Source of the DNA: Raillietiella orientalis
Taxonomy: Eukaryota
Assembly: GCA_036172245.1 (NCBI GenBank)
Contig: JAYWIR010000002.1
Span: 3,472,001-3,536,000, forward strand
Length of the DNA stretch: 64,000 nt
Reading direction: 5' to 3'
Within the stretch, counting starts at the first letter, position 1. Each line of letters opens with the position of its first letter. Position numbers and translations under genes: made by a program. The notes under the pieces were generated by a model. It did not search any database, was not told the DNA's origin, and was given only the letters and a program-made list of their open reading frames with translations. Positions 1-11,960 of this stretch are shown here, in pieces.

Positions 1-1628
1 ACACTTCCAGGGCAAGAGGGCCGCGTACGCAACATCTGCAGCAACCCCCAGCCAGGAAGCCGTAATTTAATACCCCGGCCGGAGGGGGGAGGTTCGCTGG
101 CAGCCAATGGGAGCGCACCGAGCTCGTGGCGGGCGCGCGGGTTTTCCCCCCATGCGCGTCGTCTTCGTCATCGTCCGCTATGGGGAGGGGAGAGAGCGCG
201 TTCGAGCCCAGAGCCAGGGAGGGGAGAGGAAGCTGCCTCCTTTCCCCTACTGCCCCCCACTGCTGCCGCCGCCACCCCACGCAACCGACCCTCGGGGTCT
301 CTCCTTCTCGGGTCGACCGACCATGGCAGCGCTCACTGGGCTCGCGCGCGCCGGGAGCGAGAGGCGCGGAGCTCGCCTCCCCCTCCTCCTCCCGCGGGAA
401 GAACACCGCACGCGGCGCTACCGGCAGGGAGCGAGGAGGGAAGGCGGGCGGAGGCGGAAGGCGGCGGCGGGAGCGCTCGGGCGATCGATCGGTGCGGCTA
501 CGGCAGCGGCACCTCGCGCTCCCTTCCTCCCCTTCCCGGAAGCCGCTGCTGCGGAATGAGACAAGGCGTCATCCCTCCGAACTCCTCTGCCCTCCTGAGG
601 GGGGGAGGGAGGAGGAACGGGAATCGAAGGGGAGCAGCACGATCGAAGGAGCGGTGGGATGAACAGCCGCCGTTGCCAGTCTCCCGGACGGCGGAGGGAA
701 GGTTGCCATGGTTACCCCTCCCCCCTCCTCCTTTTCCTCTCTTTTTTCTTTCTTTCTTTTTGTCTCCCCCTTTCTCCCCGAGCGGGTTCCCCGTTCCCGC
801 CGGATGCCATGCGTGCGCGCGAATTGCACCCGCACGGTCGTGCCGAAGGGGAAGTCGTGGGCGCGCGCGCGACGTGCGAAGCGGCAGCTGCTGGTCGCGG
901 GCACGGAGGAAGGCAGGAGTGGGGACGAGGAGAGGGCAGGAGGAGATCGGCCCTATTCCTCTCCCCCACGTCCCTCGGTGGTGAGTAGGGCTTCGCGGAA
1001 AGTTTTTCCTGCCGACGTTCTGGAAGGGCGTGGCAGGGGTCGTGCCCCTCGGGAGAGGGAGGATGCCACGACCCTTTTCCCTCCAAGGGACGGCTCCTCC
1101 CTCCCCTCCTCACCAGTGAGAACGCCCGCCCATCCCCTTCGCCTGCTCCCCGACCGGAGTTATCGATTCCCGCGGCGGCGGCGCGACGAATCCTCTGTCG
1201 CGGACGCAGCCGCTTCTTCCCCCTCCCCCCCCCGCGTGGGTCCGACGCCGTCTTTGCCCCGGGGCATCCCGGATGCGCGCACCGCCGCCTGCCGGAAACG
1301 CTCCCGGCGGTGGCTGGCGGCGCCGCAGCAGGTACCTCCAGCCAGGTCCCCTCCAGGCGCTTCCCCTCGCATTTAAGGCGAGCTGCCCGTCGGCGCGGAC
1401 GGAGAATCGGGAACGCTTCCGGCCGGAGGGGTCGGGAGGGGCGAGGCGGGTGTTCCCGGTGTTCCCCTGCCCTCCCTGCTGCCCTCCCTCCACATCCTAC
1501 CGCCGCCGCTCCCCCCCCCCTCCGTCACCTTCGCTCTTTCCCCCGCTGTCCAGTGCTGTCCCGTCATCATCGTCGTCGTCCCCCCGGGAGCGGCGGCTCC
1601 CCGGCGACGGCCGCCGGGATCTCTGGCT

Positions 1629-1705
1629 CACGTCTCCTTATCACTCTTCAGTCCCAGTTGGTATGCGCACGACATGACTGGACGGAGAACTGATAAGGGC
1701 ACGTG
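1629..1705 (+). ncRNA. mir-184: pre-miR-184 hairpin (mature 3p arm 1679-1700)
   Basis: 1679-1700 reads TGGACGGAGAACTGATAAGGGC, the invertebrate miR-184-3p sequence. The 5' arm from 1636 (CCTTATCACTCTTCAGTCCCAG) pairs with it and starts like known miR-184-5p arms (CCUUAUCA). Flanking CACGT/ACGTG extends the stem. Confidence 0.95.
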
Positions 1706-1942
1706 ACAGGGTCAGCTCGTCGACGGCCGGCCCGAACAGGATGTCGGGAACGCGGCCTCCTCGCTGCCGGCGCCGTGGTGACCCTCCCCCCCATTGTCGC
1801 CGAAAGAGGTCACTGCTTGGCCGGTATGCGGGCATTGTTTTCGGACTCTTAGCGGTGGCGGACGCCGGCCGCTTTAAAAAGGACGCCCGAACCGCGAGGA
1901 TCTGTCCGCCAGCGGCTTTCCGCGTCCGTCCGATCTCCCGAG

Positions 1943-3692
1943 ATGGCCTGCAGCCCGCAGCTCCCGTCGCCGACGACCCTGCTCCGGCCCCTTCTGCCGC
2001 CGCTGCTGCTGGTGCTCCTCCTCCTCCTGGGTCTCGCCCGCTGCACGTGGGCTGCCCCCGCGGACGACGAGCAGGCCCCGGGCGACTCTTCTTGGTCCCC
2101 CAAGCTGCTGTCCTCCCTCCCTGGCTTGCGGCCGAAGCAGCAGGACCTCTTCTCCAAGAACTTCCTCAGCACCCCCTGGCTGTGGCGGAAGGGCGGGTTC
2201 AATCAGACGCTCTCCCTGCTCCTGAACAGGAACAAGCGTAAGTAATTAGCGGGGGCGGACCCCACCTCCTCCTCCTCCCTACGGACCTCCTGCTTTTTCC
2301 ATCCCACCCTAGTGGCAGGGATGCTGGCCTTTGTCCACATCGAGGAGTTCCCGTGCATGAGCAGCACCAGCAACAGGAACGGCACGTGCCAGAAGTACTT
2401 CGATTGCGTCAACAACGGTGGACGGCCGTCGGGAACGTGCGCCAAGGGGTTCGGGACCTGCTGCGTCGGTAAGCGCCCGCGCAGGGGAGGGGAGGGGAGG
2501 TCTTGGGGAGCGGCGGGCGGCTAAACCCCCATGCCTCTGTCTTCTTCCGCCTCCAGCCGAGAAGAGCTGCGGCGACTCCTCCAGCATGAACCTGACCTAC
2601 TTCGCCAGCCCGCCCCAGTACACGGGCATGGGCCAGTGCCAGCTGATCGTCAAGAAGGTGTCGCAGAGCATCTCTCAGCTCAGGTGCGGGGAGAGGAGGA
2701 GGAGGAGGAGGGGATCACGCGGGGAGACGGGACAACGCGCTTTCCCCGCAGGCTGGACTTCCTCGAGTTCTCGCTGCTGCCTCCCGACCCAACCACGCAC
2801 CTGTGCCAGGGGGACCTCTTCATCGTGTCCGGCGCGTCCCGCATCAGCAGCATCTGCGGCAGCAACCGCGGGCAGCACAGTGAGTGGTGCACCTCCCCCC
2901 TTCTTTCCTCGTAGTCGTTTCATTTCCTTCCCTCCTCTACGCTTCCTTTTCCTGCCCGCAGTTTACGTCCACACCGGGCCGGGAGAGACGCCCACCTCCA
3001 TCAGCGTGGTGTCCACGAACACCTTCAACGACCGCGGCTGGCTCATCCTGGTGACGCAGATCAGCGAGCTGTCCCCGTACCAGGCGCCCGTAGGCTGCCT
3101 GCAGTTCTTCTCCAGCACCTCCGGCATGGTCCGCAGCTTCAACTTTGACGGCACCCCGACGTCGCGCATCATCGCCGAGCAGAACTACGGCATCTGCATC
3201 CGCCCGCAGAGCAACTACTGCGGCATCGTCTACATGGAGTGCGCCAGCCCCACCGTCAACGACTTCTCCATCACCGGGATGCAGCAAGTGCAGGCCATGA
3301 ACGGCGCCGACATGAAGTACCCCGGCATCAACAACGGCGCCACCGCCACCAACTGCAACATGGACTTCCTGTTGATCCCCTGCGCCAGCGCCATGAAGGG
3401 CGTTCAGCAGACCTGCACCGCCAACCGGTTCTGCGGAGGCACCCTCACCCTAGGCGCCGTGAACACCATGCCAGGGCCCATCTTCAGTAAGCGAGCGAGC
3501 GCTGCGTGAGGGGTAGGGAGGGAGGCGCCTTCCCCGCCTGCACTCGCCTCATCCCTCTTTTTTTTTTTCTTTTTGCCTCCAGGCTGGCTCCAGCCTTTCG
3601 TGCTGCGGTTCAAGACGGACAACACGTTCCCCGCCACCGACGTCGACAACCGGGGTTTCTGCATTCAGTTCGTGCAGCAGCCCTGCACTTAG
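1943..3692 (+). CDS. Secreted arthropod-type CUB-domain protein, paralog 1 (~446 aa, 6 exons)
   Basis: Exons 1943-2237, 2313-2468 (or 2319), 2557-2683, 2752-2879, 2962-3486, 3583-3692, all GT-AG, total 1341 nt in frame. Leu-rich signal peptide, Cys-rich GTC...GTCAKGFGTCC motif, QLRLDF, ICGSNRGQH, APVGCLQFF..SGMVRSFNF, NYGICIR, FCGG, GFCIQFVQQPC. Confidence 0.88.
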
Positions 3693-3870
3693 CCTCCGAC
3701 GCCTCTTCCTCTTCCATCTCTCCCCCCACTGCCGCTGCCGTCACGCCCGCCCGCCCCGCGCGGTCACTCGGTCAGCGTCCCGTCCTCACGCACCGTCGGC
3801 TGCCGCGACCCTCCTCTCCGGGACGCGTCGCCGCCTGCGGTCGTCGTCGGCAGAAGACGCGGCGACGACG

Positions 3871-5867
3871 ATGAAGACGGCGGCGGTGGTCGTGATTCTG
3901 CTGCTGCTATCCTCCTGGCTCCCGCCGCTGGCGGCATCCCTGTTCACCCTGCCGATGCCACTGGCGGCCGCTGTCGCTTCCCCCTCCCCTCCCGTCCCGG
4001 CCTCCTCCCCTCCCGCACGGGCGGCGACGGGGAATCGGACGGGGAGGCTGCTCCTCGGCAACGGGCCCCGTTCTCTGGCCAGACAGGGGAAATGTAAGTT
4101 GGGGCGCCGGCCGCGCGAGTGGAATAAAAAGGAAAGGCAACCGAGGTCACCCTCGTTTTTTACTTTTCTTTTTTGTCCTTCCTGTGCGTTTTTTTTTTTT
4201 TTCTCTCTTCCTCCATTTTTCGGTTGCTGCTGCTGCTTGCGGTTGTTTTTCCGCCTGGGGCGTTTGGTGGGGGCGGGGGGCGAGGGAGCCGCCTTTTTTC
4301 CCCCTTGTTTGTTTCCCTCGACCCCTGCAGTCCTCAAGCTCTTCACGTTGGTCCGGTTCAAGAACGAGGAATGCCAGACCTCCTCCGGCCGCCGAGGAAC
4401 CTGCCAGTCTCTGGATGAGTGCTCGAGGAACGACGGCACCCATTTGGGCATCTGCGCCATGGGTTTCGGCGTTTGCTGCGTCTGTGAGTAGCCATGGCGA
4501 CGGCTGCGGGAGGGGGGGGAGGCGGGGGAGTGCTTTCGACCCCTTTTCCTCCGCCCTTTCTCTCCCATCCCGGCCTCCCCCTCTCCCGAAAGCCGCCAAG
4601 AAGACGAACGGTTCCTCCACCACCCTCTCTCCTTTCCGTGGCGCCACCACCGCAGACGAGGCCACCTGCGGAGGTTCCGTGGAGGAGGAGGTCGCGTACT
4701 TCACCAGCGTCGGCGCTTCCAGCGTCGGCTACTGCGCGCTGACCGTGCGGCGCTCCACAGACAAGGTCGTGCAGCTCAGGTAAAAAGTGGGAAAAGGGGG
4801 GGAAGGAAGACGGCTAGGAAGGGCGGCGCTGCCTCCGCCTCCTCCTTCCCTCCCTCCTGGCCCCACCCTACCCTCCCGTTGCAGACTGACCTTCGTTGCC
4901 TTCCTGTTGGCGCCCCCCAACACCAGCACCGGTGTGTGCGACGGCGACGTCTTCGTGGTCTCCTCCGCCAGCCCCATCAGCCCTATCTGCGGCAACAACA
5001 CGAACCAGCACAGTGAGTACGGCGCCCCAGGCGGCTGCCGCCACCCCCTACTTCCCTCACCTTCTCCTGCGGGGGGAGGGCAAAACAGTGCACGTCGAGC
5101 TGGGCAGGTCGTTCTCCTCCGCGGTGCTGAACGTCGTCTCCTCGGCGGCATACTCTCAGCGTCTCTGGACCATCCTCATCGAACAGCTGACCGCCCTGTC
5201 GCCGTTGCTGGGTGAGTTTCCCGGGGCTGCTGCTGCGCCCCTTCCCCCCCCCCCCCTTTCCCCTGCTCCTGCCCCGCCAACCGCTCTTCTCGGACGCCCG
5301 CCCGCAGCGCCCTCCGGCTGTCTGCAGCACTTCACCGGCACCTCGGGCATGCTGAGGAGCTTCAACTTCTTCTTCTCCCGCGGGTCCCTGCAACTGGCCG
5401 ACCAGAACTACGCCATCTGCGTGCGCGCCGCCGCCGGCTTCTGCGGCATCCAGTACAGGGCGTGCGCCCTGCGCGGGGGAGGCGCCTTGCCGTTCTCCCT
5501 GACTGGCGTCAATGCAAACGACGTGCCCTACCCGGGGCTCAACGATGGCCAGAACGCCGCCCTCTGCCAGCTCGACTTCCTGCAGGTACCCTGCGGCAGC
5601 GCCTTCAAGGGCGCCCAGTACGTCTGCTACGCCGAGCGCTTCTGCGGCGGCGCCTTCAACGCCAACCTCATCTTCTCCAGCGGCAACCACCCCGTCTACT
5701 GTGAGTACCGCGAGCGAGCGCGCCCCTACTTGCACTCCGCCCCCCTCGTCCGAGCAGCCTATCTGCGGCCCTTCATCCTCCGCTTCAAGACCGACGTCTC
5801 CGAGCCCAGCCTGGACCTCCGCAACTCGGGCTTCTGTCTGACCTACTCCCAGCAGCCCTGCATGTGA
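3871..5867 (+). CDS. Secreted arthropod-type CUB-domain protein, paralog 2 (~417 aa, 7 exons)
   Basis: Exons 3871-4093, 4331-4483, 4656-4779, 4885-5012, 5089-5211, 5308-5700, 5758-5867, total 1254 nt in frame. Signal peptide, GICAMGFGVCC, ICGNNTNQH, APSGCLQHFTGTSGMLRSFNF, GFCLTYSQQPC. Shares intron positions and the 128-nt and 110-nt exon lengths with paralog 1. Confidence 0.88.
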
Positions 5868-6289
5868 GGAGGAGCGATAGAAAGGCGGTATCCTTCCCTT
5901 GGGGCGACGGAGAAGAAGAGGCAGTAGCGAAGAGGAGGGGCGGCGAAGCCCCTCGTGCGCCCCGCCGACCTCGTCCCAGGCCCCCCTCTATCACCACTCT
6001 CTCCTCCCTGTCCACGCACTGTCTGCTCGTCAGCCCCGCGGTGCACCCTGCCCGCACCCAAAGCAAATTGCAGCTTTCGATCCTTCCAGCGGCCCCCTTC
6101 TGTAGGAGCCGCGTGGAAGAACCGGGCACGGGATCGGGGTCGGGAGTGGGCTGCATGCCTGGGCTGACTTCTCTCCACCTCCGTGCAGACCTGGTGTGGG
6201 ATGAAGGCAGGCTCTCGGCACCTTGTGTTCTTTCCTTCCACTCCACCCACACCTTCTCCAAAGAAAAAAAAAAAAGAAAAAAAACACAC

Positions 6290-6800
6290 TCGGGCTGTCT
6301 TGGGCACTCGACGATGGTGGCGATGATCTATGATGGACAGCCCACCGGGAGAGGGGGGGGAGTGGTGGACGCCGAGCAAACTGGCAACGCCCTGGAAGCG
6401 ACAGAGCCGTCCCTCGGAAAAAGGGGAGCGAGGAGGCCAGGGCCGGGAATGCTCGGGGCGCGCCTTCTCCGGCTCCCCCTGGCATCGATTTGTCCGACCG
6501 AATGGACTTCACCCCCACCCCACCCTTTCCCGGAGGAAGACTGTGTTCTGGCAGGCGACCTCAGCGAAGGGCCGGCCCGAAAACCCACAGGCATGCTGAA
6601 TTGCTGCCGGGGAGGTCCGCTCGCGGGGTGCTGCCCTGACACCCTCCATCCCGGCGGAAGGGAGCGGGTCCGCCTCAGTTTCCTCCTCCTATCCCCCCCG
6701 AGACCCCTTTCTCCTAGAGGAAGAGGAGGACTGGGAACGGCTCCCTGTGTACCGCTCCCTTATGGTGGCCTTCTGCTTCCCTTCTCCCCGAAATTTCCCG
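6290..6800 (+). mobile_element. Decayed non-LTR retrotransposon APE-endonuclease remnant (RTE-like)
   Basis: ORF 5864..7033 has motifs in APE order: IYDGQPTGRGGGVV (cf. xxSG..R.GVG), LASICPTE (YAPT), CVLAGDLS (GDFN), TLHPGGRERVRLSFLLL (TW.SP...IDYIL). Resemblance by eye only. Confidence 0.4.
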
Positions 6801-8699
6801 TGTGCCGTTTCCTCCTGTCTTCTCCCCCTCCCAGGCTGCGTTCCTGGGTGCGCAGGCTGCCCGTCCAGTTCGAGGATGCGGCTCGGAGGAATTCCCGCGG
6901 TGCCTTTTTTAGCTGGCTCCTCTTTGCCGTGCATCATTCCCTCCTGGGGATGGGCGAGCTGGAGACACGGCGTCTCGGGACCACCTGTGGGAGACTATGT
7001 TTCCTGAGGAGTGCCCTCTCACGGAAGGCCTAAGAAGGAGTGATCATTCGCGGACGTCCGGCAGGTGGCAGAGCCGAGCGTATCGTCTCTCTCTCTCTTT
7101 CTCCACCCCATCCCACCCCTTGCCCTCGGGCAGGGAAAAGGGGAGGGGAAGATCTGTTTCCCTAGGACCCGCTTCTGGGACTTCCGGCATTTCTCTTCCT
7201 ACTCCGCTCTGCCCACAAATTCGAACGCCCGGCTCCTTGCAGCCGGTTGCTGCGAACCCTGCGCGGCACCTGCAACGCTCCCGTTTTGTTTTTTTGTCCC
7301 AGGATTTCCGGGCGGACCATCGGTCAGGGGAAAAGGGGAGGGGCGCGATGTTTTCGTTCGGGAATAGCACTGGCTCAGGGGTGCCAGCTGCGGCAAGAGA
7401 GTCGCCATCACCCTTCCTTCCGAGGAGGCGCGGGGTAACGCCCAGAGGGCGCGAGACTCCCCCGCAATCTGATCCCCCCTTCACGAGTTCGAAAAAGAAG
7501 GGCTGCCAGGTCGCGCATGGGGTGTAGCCGCGGGTCCTCGCCGTTCCATGCTAGCGGGAGTCGGGCAGAACGGGTCCAGAAGGGGACAGGATGGAAGAGG
7601 AAGGGATGTCTCCAGGATGCGCTCCAAGAGCGCTTCCTCCTCGTTCCTTGGGTCCTCCTGCCCATATTCGTGGTGATGGTCGGTCCGCACCCCGGAATTT
7701 GTGGCTTTCCGGTTCCTGGTCTCCTTGGATAATCCTAAGTGTGGTGGAGGCGGCAAGGTGGAACGCGCGCTCCCCCAGAGGCCCTGGGGTTCTCGCTTCT
7801 GGACGGGCGACTTCCAGGAGTGGGGGCATCCGTCTGAATCTTATCCTCCTTTCCGTCCTTTTCCCGAGCGAACGGCGGACTTGGGGGGCAGGGGCGCCGG
7901 GCAGCGACCTCTGTGGCCACCCCGCCACTGTGGGGAGGGAAGGGCGCAGCGGGTCTACCCGACCCTTCCGATGCCGCCAGTCTGCCCTCGTCTGCCAGTC
8001 CAGCGGGCGGTGTGACACGCCCTCCTCCCCTTCCTTCCGCGGCCGGAGAGGACGCCTCTGCAGGCGTTCCGTCCCGGCCCTTGCTGGCGAGACCCCAGGG
8101 AGGAGGGGCGCCGTTGACCGACGGGGCGCGTCGCGGAATGGGGACGAAGGCGGCTCACCCGTGGCAATGACGTGTCCGCAGGTAACGACGGAGAGCAGTC
8201 GCTCCGGCTGGTTGCCGGAGAGACTGCGGCCTTGGCGCCGGGGAAACGACCCGGGGCCGGAAGAAACGCCCAGACGTCCGCGGGTAGCCCTGGAAACGAC
8301 TTGTGACTGCTCGGCTCCCTCTGGCGGGGCTGGCGCTGGTCGCCTACCCCCACAGCGGGCGCTCTCATTCCACTTCGGATCCGACGGGAGGCACCGCGTA
8401 CACGGGGGAAAACCGGGCCTGGAACGCGCGTTCGGGAGAAGGAGAGGCTGGCGGCACCCCGAGGGATGACCGACCTCCTTACCGGCTTTCCGGAAGTGCG
8501 GAAAGGGGGAGAGGGCCCTTCCTCTCCTGCCGGCCCTTGAAAGCCGGAGTGGGGCGAATCCCGCCCGGACAGTCCCCTTTCATCCGCCGGGTGAGAGCGA
8601 CCGCCTGTGGCTCCTCCCCTCCTCCCTCGGACAGGCGACTTCGTCGCACAGTTTCCCCGGAAACGACAGCCAAGGGATCCCTGCCGAGCGGGAACGGGG

Positions 8700-9060
8700 A
8701 GCAGCGACCGTCGCCATCGCGACGGCGTGGGGAGGGAGAAGAGGCGTCCTCCGGGCCCGATCAGAATCCGGGACGAGGGGAGGAAGAGGCTTCCAGGCGG
8801 CAGCCCGCTCGCTAGCTCTCCCGGAGAGTCTCCCGAGACTGTTCGAGGGGACGCGGAACAGCCGCGCGCTGGTCCGGGAGATCCCTGGCAGCGGCAAGGA
8901 ACGCGCCCTTGGAGAAGGCGTTCCAGGAGCGAGCGGGCGCCTCTCAAACGGGGAACGCGGGCGTTCCGGGGACCAGTAGGGGGGAAAGTCCCCCTCCCGA
9001 GGGACGGCCGACTGCCCTCCGCTTGGTCTGGACTCTCTGGCCTCCCTCGTCGGGCCCGCC
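8700..9060 (-). mobile_element. Decayed LINE reverse-transcriptase remnant (L2/CR1-like)
   Basis: Minus frame gives SLLERLLQG...VSGDSPGELASGLPPGSLFLP, resembling ILL.RL...G and SGVPQGSVLGP of LINE RT. No intact YADD seen. Confidence 0.3.
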
Positions 9061-11479
9061 CAACGATGGCTGCGGAGTGGGGCGTTGCTCACCAGCCGTA
9101 ACTGCGGCGCGGGCGGACGGGACTCAAACCAGGCGGCACCACCCCTCCCTAGCGTTCCTTGGCGCAAACTGGCACGGAGCTTCCGGTCCGGTAGGGGGCG
9201 ATCCTGAGCCACGTTCGGCGGGCTCGGCGGCGGCGCTGCCTGGGGCGGAGCGGGTCGGTTCGAGAGCTCCTTAGCGCGCGGCGCGGTTGCGCGCCGTCCG
9301 GGGCCGAACACGCGGGCTGGGACGTCTGAGTCCTCCGCGCGCCCGCGCGGCGGCACCAGGCGCGCGCGCGTAACCAAAAGTTCCGGAGGCGCAGCCTTGG
9401 CGCGCGAATCCCCCGACGAGGCAGGGGAATTCCGCTGCGGCCACAGGTGCCTGCCTGCCGCAGAGCAAACTGCGGGGCCGAGAAAACATTCACGCCCACG
9501 CAATCCCGTGTCGTTCAGGCCCACCCTCCTGTAGCTTCTTGCTCCGCAACGCGTCTCTGCTGGGTGACGCGGTGTTTTCTTGCTTTTACGAGCTTTTCGC
9601 TTCTTTTTTTTCCCTCCTCATCCCGCGTGTGCACGTGCTGGCGCGTGCGTTTCCCCAGCCGTGTTTTGCTCGTGCCGGCAGCCGCTTCGGTTTCGTAGGC
9701 GAGCAGTTCGCAGGTGTGCAGGCGCTTTCAACAATGCCGCTCATTAGGCTAGTGAGAGGCATCGCCGAAAACCCTTGTTGCCAGGACAACGGCCGCGTTG
9801 TTTTCTGCTTGTCCTTTTTTTTTTTGCTTCGATGGAGGAAGCAACGGCGGTCCGCGGCACGGGCGCCAACTGTACCGGAGGGCGGTGCCCGGTTCCGTGC
9901 GAAGCGCAGGAAGGGCGTGGTGCCCCGTATCGACGCGGTCGCTCCTGGGTCGTCGCGAGCGAGCCTTCTGGCGCCCGATGGACCGCAAGGAGGCAGCAGC
10001 TCGCGCGGCGCGGCGACAGACCCACTAGGGCTCTAGAGAAGAGGCACCGCCGACGCGAGCGCGCTAACCGCAGCTCCCGACCGCTTCCGCGCGCTGGGGA
10101 TTTCGCGGGGAGAGGGAGCTCGGGCGAAACCGAGCGCCGGAGCGATCGCAGGCATGGCAATCCCCATTTCGGCACCGGGACCGGTCCTCTTCCGGGTGTT
10201 GCCACTCCAAGATAGCTCCAACGCGAAAGGCCGAGTGAACGCCGCCGTTGGCGCACCAAACCGCGCGGAGCACGCCCAGCTCTCCTGCCCACTGCCTCCG
10301 CCCCCCCCCCCCTCCTTCCCTCTCTCTCCTCGCATCCTGAAAGCGACGCTCTCCACGCCGGCACGTTGCTGCCGCGAGAGCTCCGTCACCGCCCCCCCCC
10401 CTCCCCTCTTCCAACCAAGAGGACGATCGAGGTGATTCCCCGCGGACGGAGGAGGAGGAGGAGGTTTGGTCGCGAGCGCCCTCCTCCTCGCCCTGCAGCA
10501 GGCCGCACGCGACCTCTCGCGGCAGCGGCACGCGAAGTAGTGCGGAGCCCGGCGCCGCCTTCTGTTGGCGAGGGGAAAGCGCGGATTCGCGGGCGCGCAT
10601 CCGTTTCCAGCCTGTCGGCGTCTCTGCGCGCCACGTTGGCTCTCTCTCGGCACCTCCCTCGTCACCATGACCTTGGTCTTATTTTCGGATGGATCACGCT
10701 GCGACGCTGAACGCCATCTCGGCCCCTCCTTCGCTCCCCTTCCCCTTTTTCGCGCGCGTTCGGTTTCCCGAGTGTGCCGTTGCCGGCGAGATATGGGAGG
10801 GAAAGGGCGCCATCGCAATCACCGTCACTCCTCCTTCGACCGTAGGAATCCGGTCACCTTGGACGCGGCGGGCGCCGGCACCCGAGCATCGCTCGACAGG
10901 CAACGGCGGTCACACACCGACGCCCATGCAGAACCCAAGGCCGGAAGCTGCGTGCTGGCGACCCAGAAATCCGCCGCGAGAAGGTAGCGGCAAACCAGCC
11001 CCCCCCTTCCTTCCCTGCCCCGGCCCGCCGCCGGCTGCCATTGTTGGTGGCGGTGTCCGCGGAGCGCGCGCAGCTTCTCATCCGGGAAGAGGATCGATGC
11101 GCCCTGGCAACCGGCGCTACCTCGGGGGCGCCGGAGAGCCAGTCCGGCCCTCGGCGCCGGACACAGGGAAAGGGAGCGACTCCGTTCATCCCTCCTCCTC
11201 GCGCTCCCTGCCTCCGATATGTCGCCGCACGACCCCGGCGGCGCGAAAGCCCTGCTCCTCCCGCAGAGGGTTGGGCGGCTTCCCATCCCCGGCAGCTGCG
11301 CGCCCGGCTCCTCCCCTCCCCCTTTTGAGCAGAGGTTGCGGGAAGATTAGGGGAGACTCCGGGCTGCGGAAGGGAAGTCGAGCAGCAAGCAGGAAGGGGG
11401 ACAAAAAAAGGCGTTTTTTTTTTTTCTTTTTTTTTCTCTCCCTGCGAGAGGGGCGGCGGGTAGGGGAACGGCGGGGAGG

Positions 11480-11960
11480 TCACGAGGAGAGGGCGGCCTG
11501 GATGGCGCTCAGCAGCCGCCGGTCATCTTGCGGCTCGCTCATCAGCTCCGCGTACCCTCCGGCGTACTTTCCCTTCAGGTAGAGGCATGGGACCTGCTGG
11601 CCGGGTCGGCATCGGCTGGGAGTTGGGGTCGCCCTCCCCCCTCCCCTCTCCCTTCCTCCTCGGCCCTACCAGGGGCAGGCCGTGAGCTCTGCGGAAGTGC
11701 TCCAAGATTTCCTCCTCATCCTCGCGGTCCGACAGCTCCACGACTTCGCAGTCACCCTCGCCGAGGTGCAGCCTCGCCAGCACATCCTTGGGGGGAAGGG
11801 GGGGGGGGGGGTCGGCGTTTTCGGGCACGCACCAGGAGGGGCCACGCACCTTCATCCGCATGGTGAATGGGCAGCCCAGCCTCCCGAACAGCACGACCTT
11901 CCTCGCGAGCACAAGCTCGCGCACAAAGTCTTCCCCCTTCTGGGCCCGGACGGCACTCAT
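11480..11960 (-). CDS. Glutaredoxin-like protein, 113 aa, CPFT active-site motif
   Basis: Exons 11960-11850, 11786-11670, 11593-11480 (introns 63 and 76 nt, GT-AG). Protein has KVVLFGRLGCPFTMRMK, EVVELSDRED and LVPCLYLKGKYAGGYAEL, matching Grx VVxF..CPxx, xVP and GG motifs. Confidence 0.85.
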
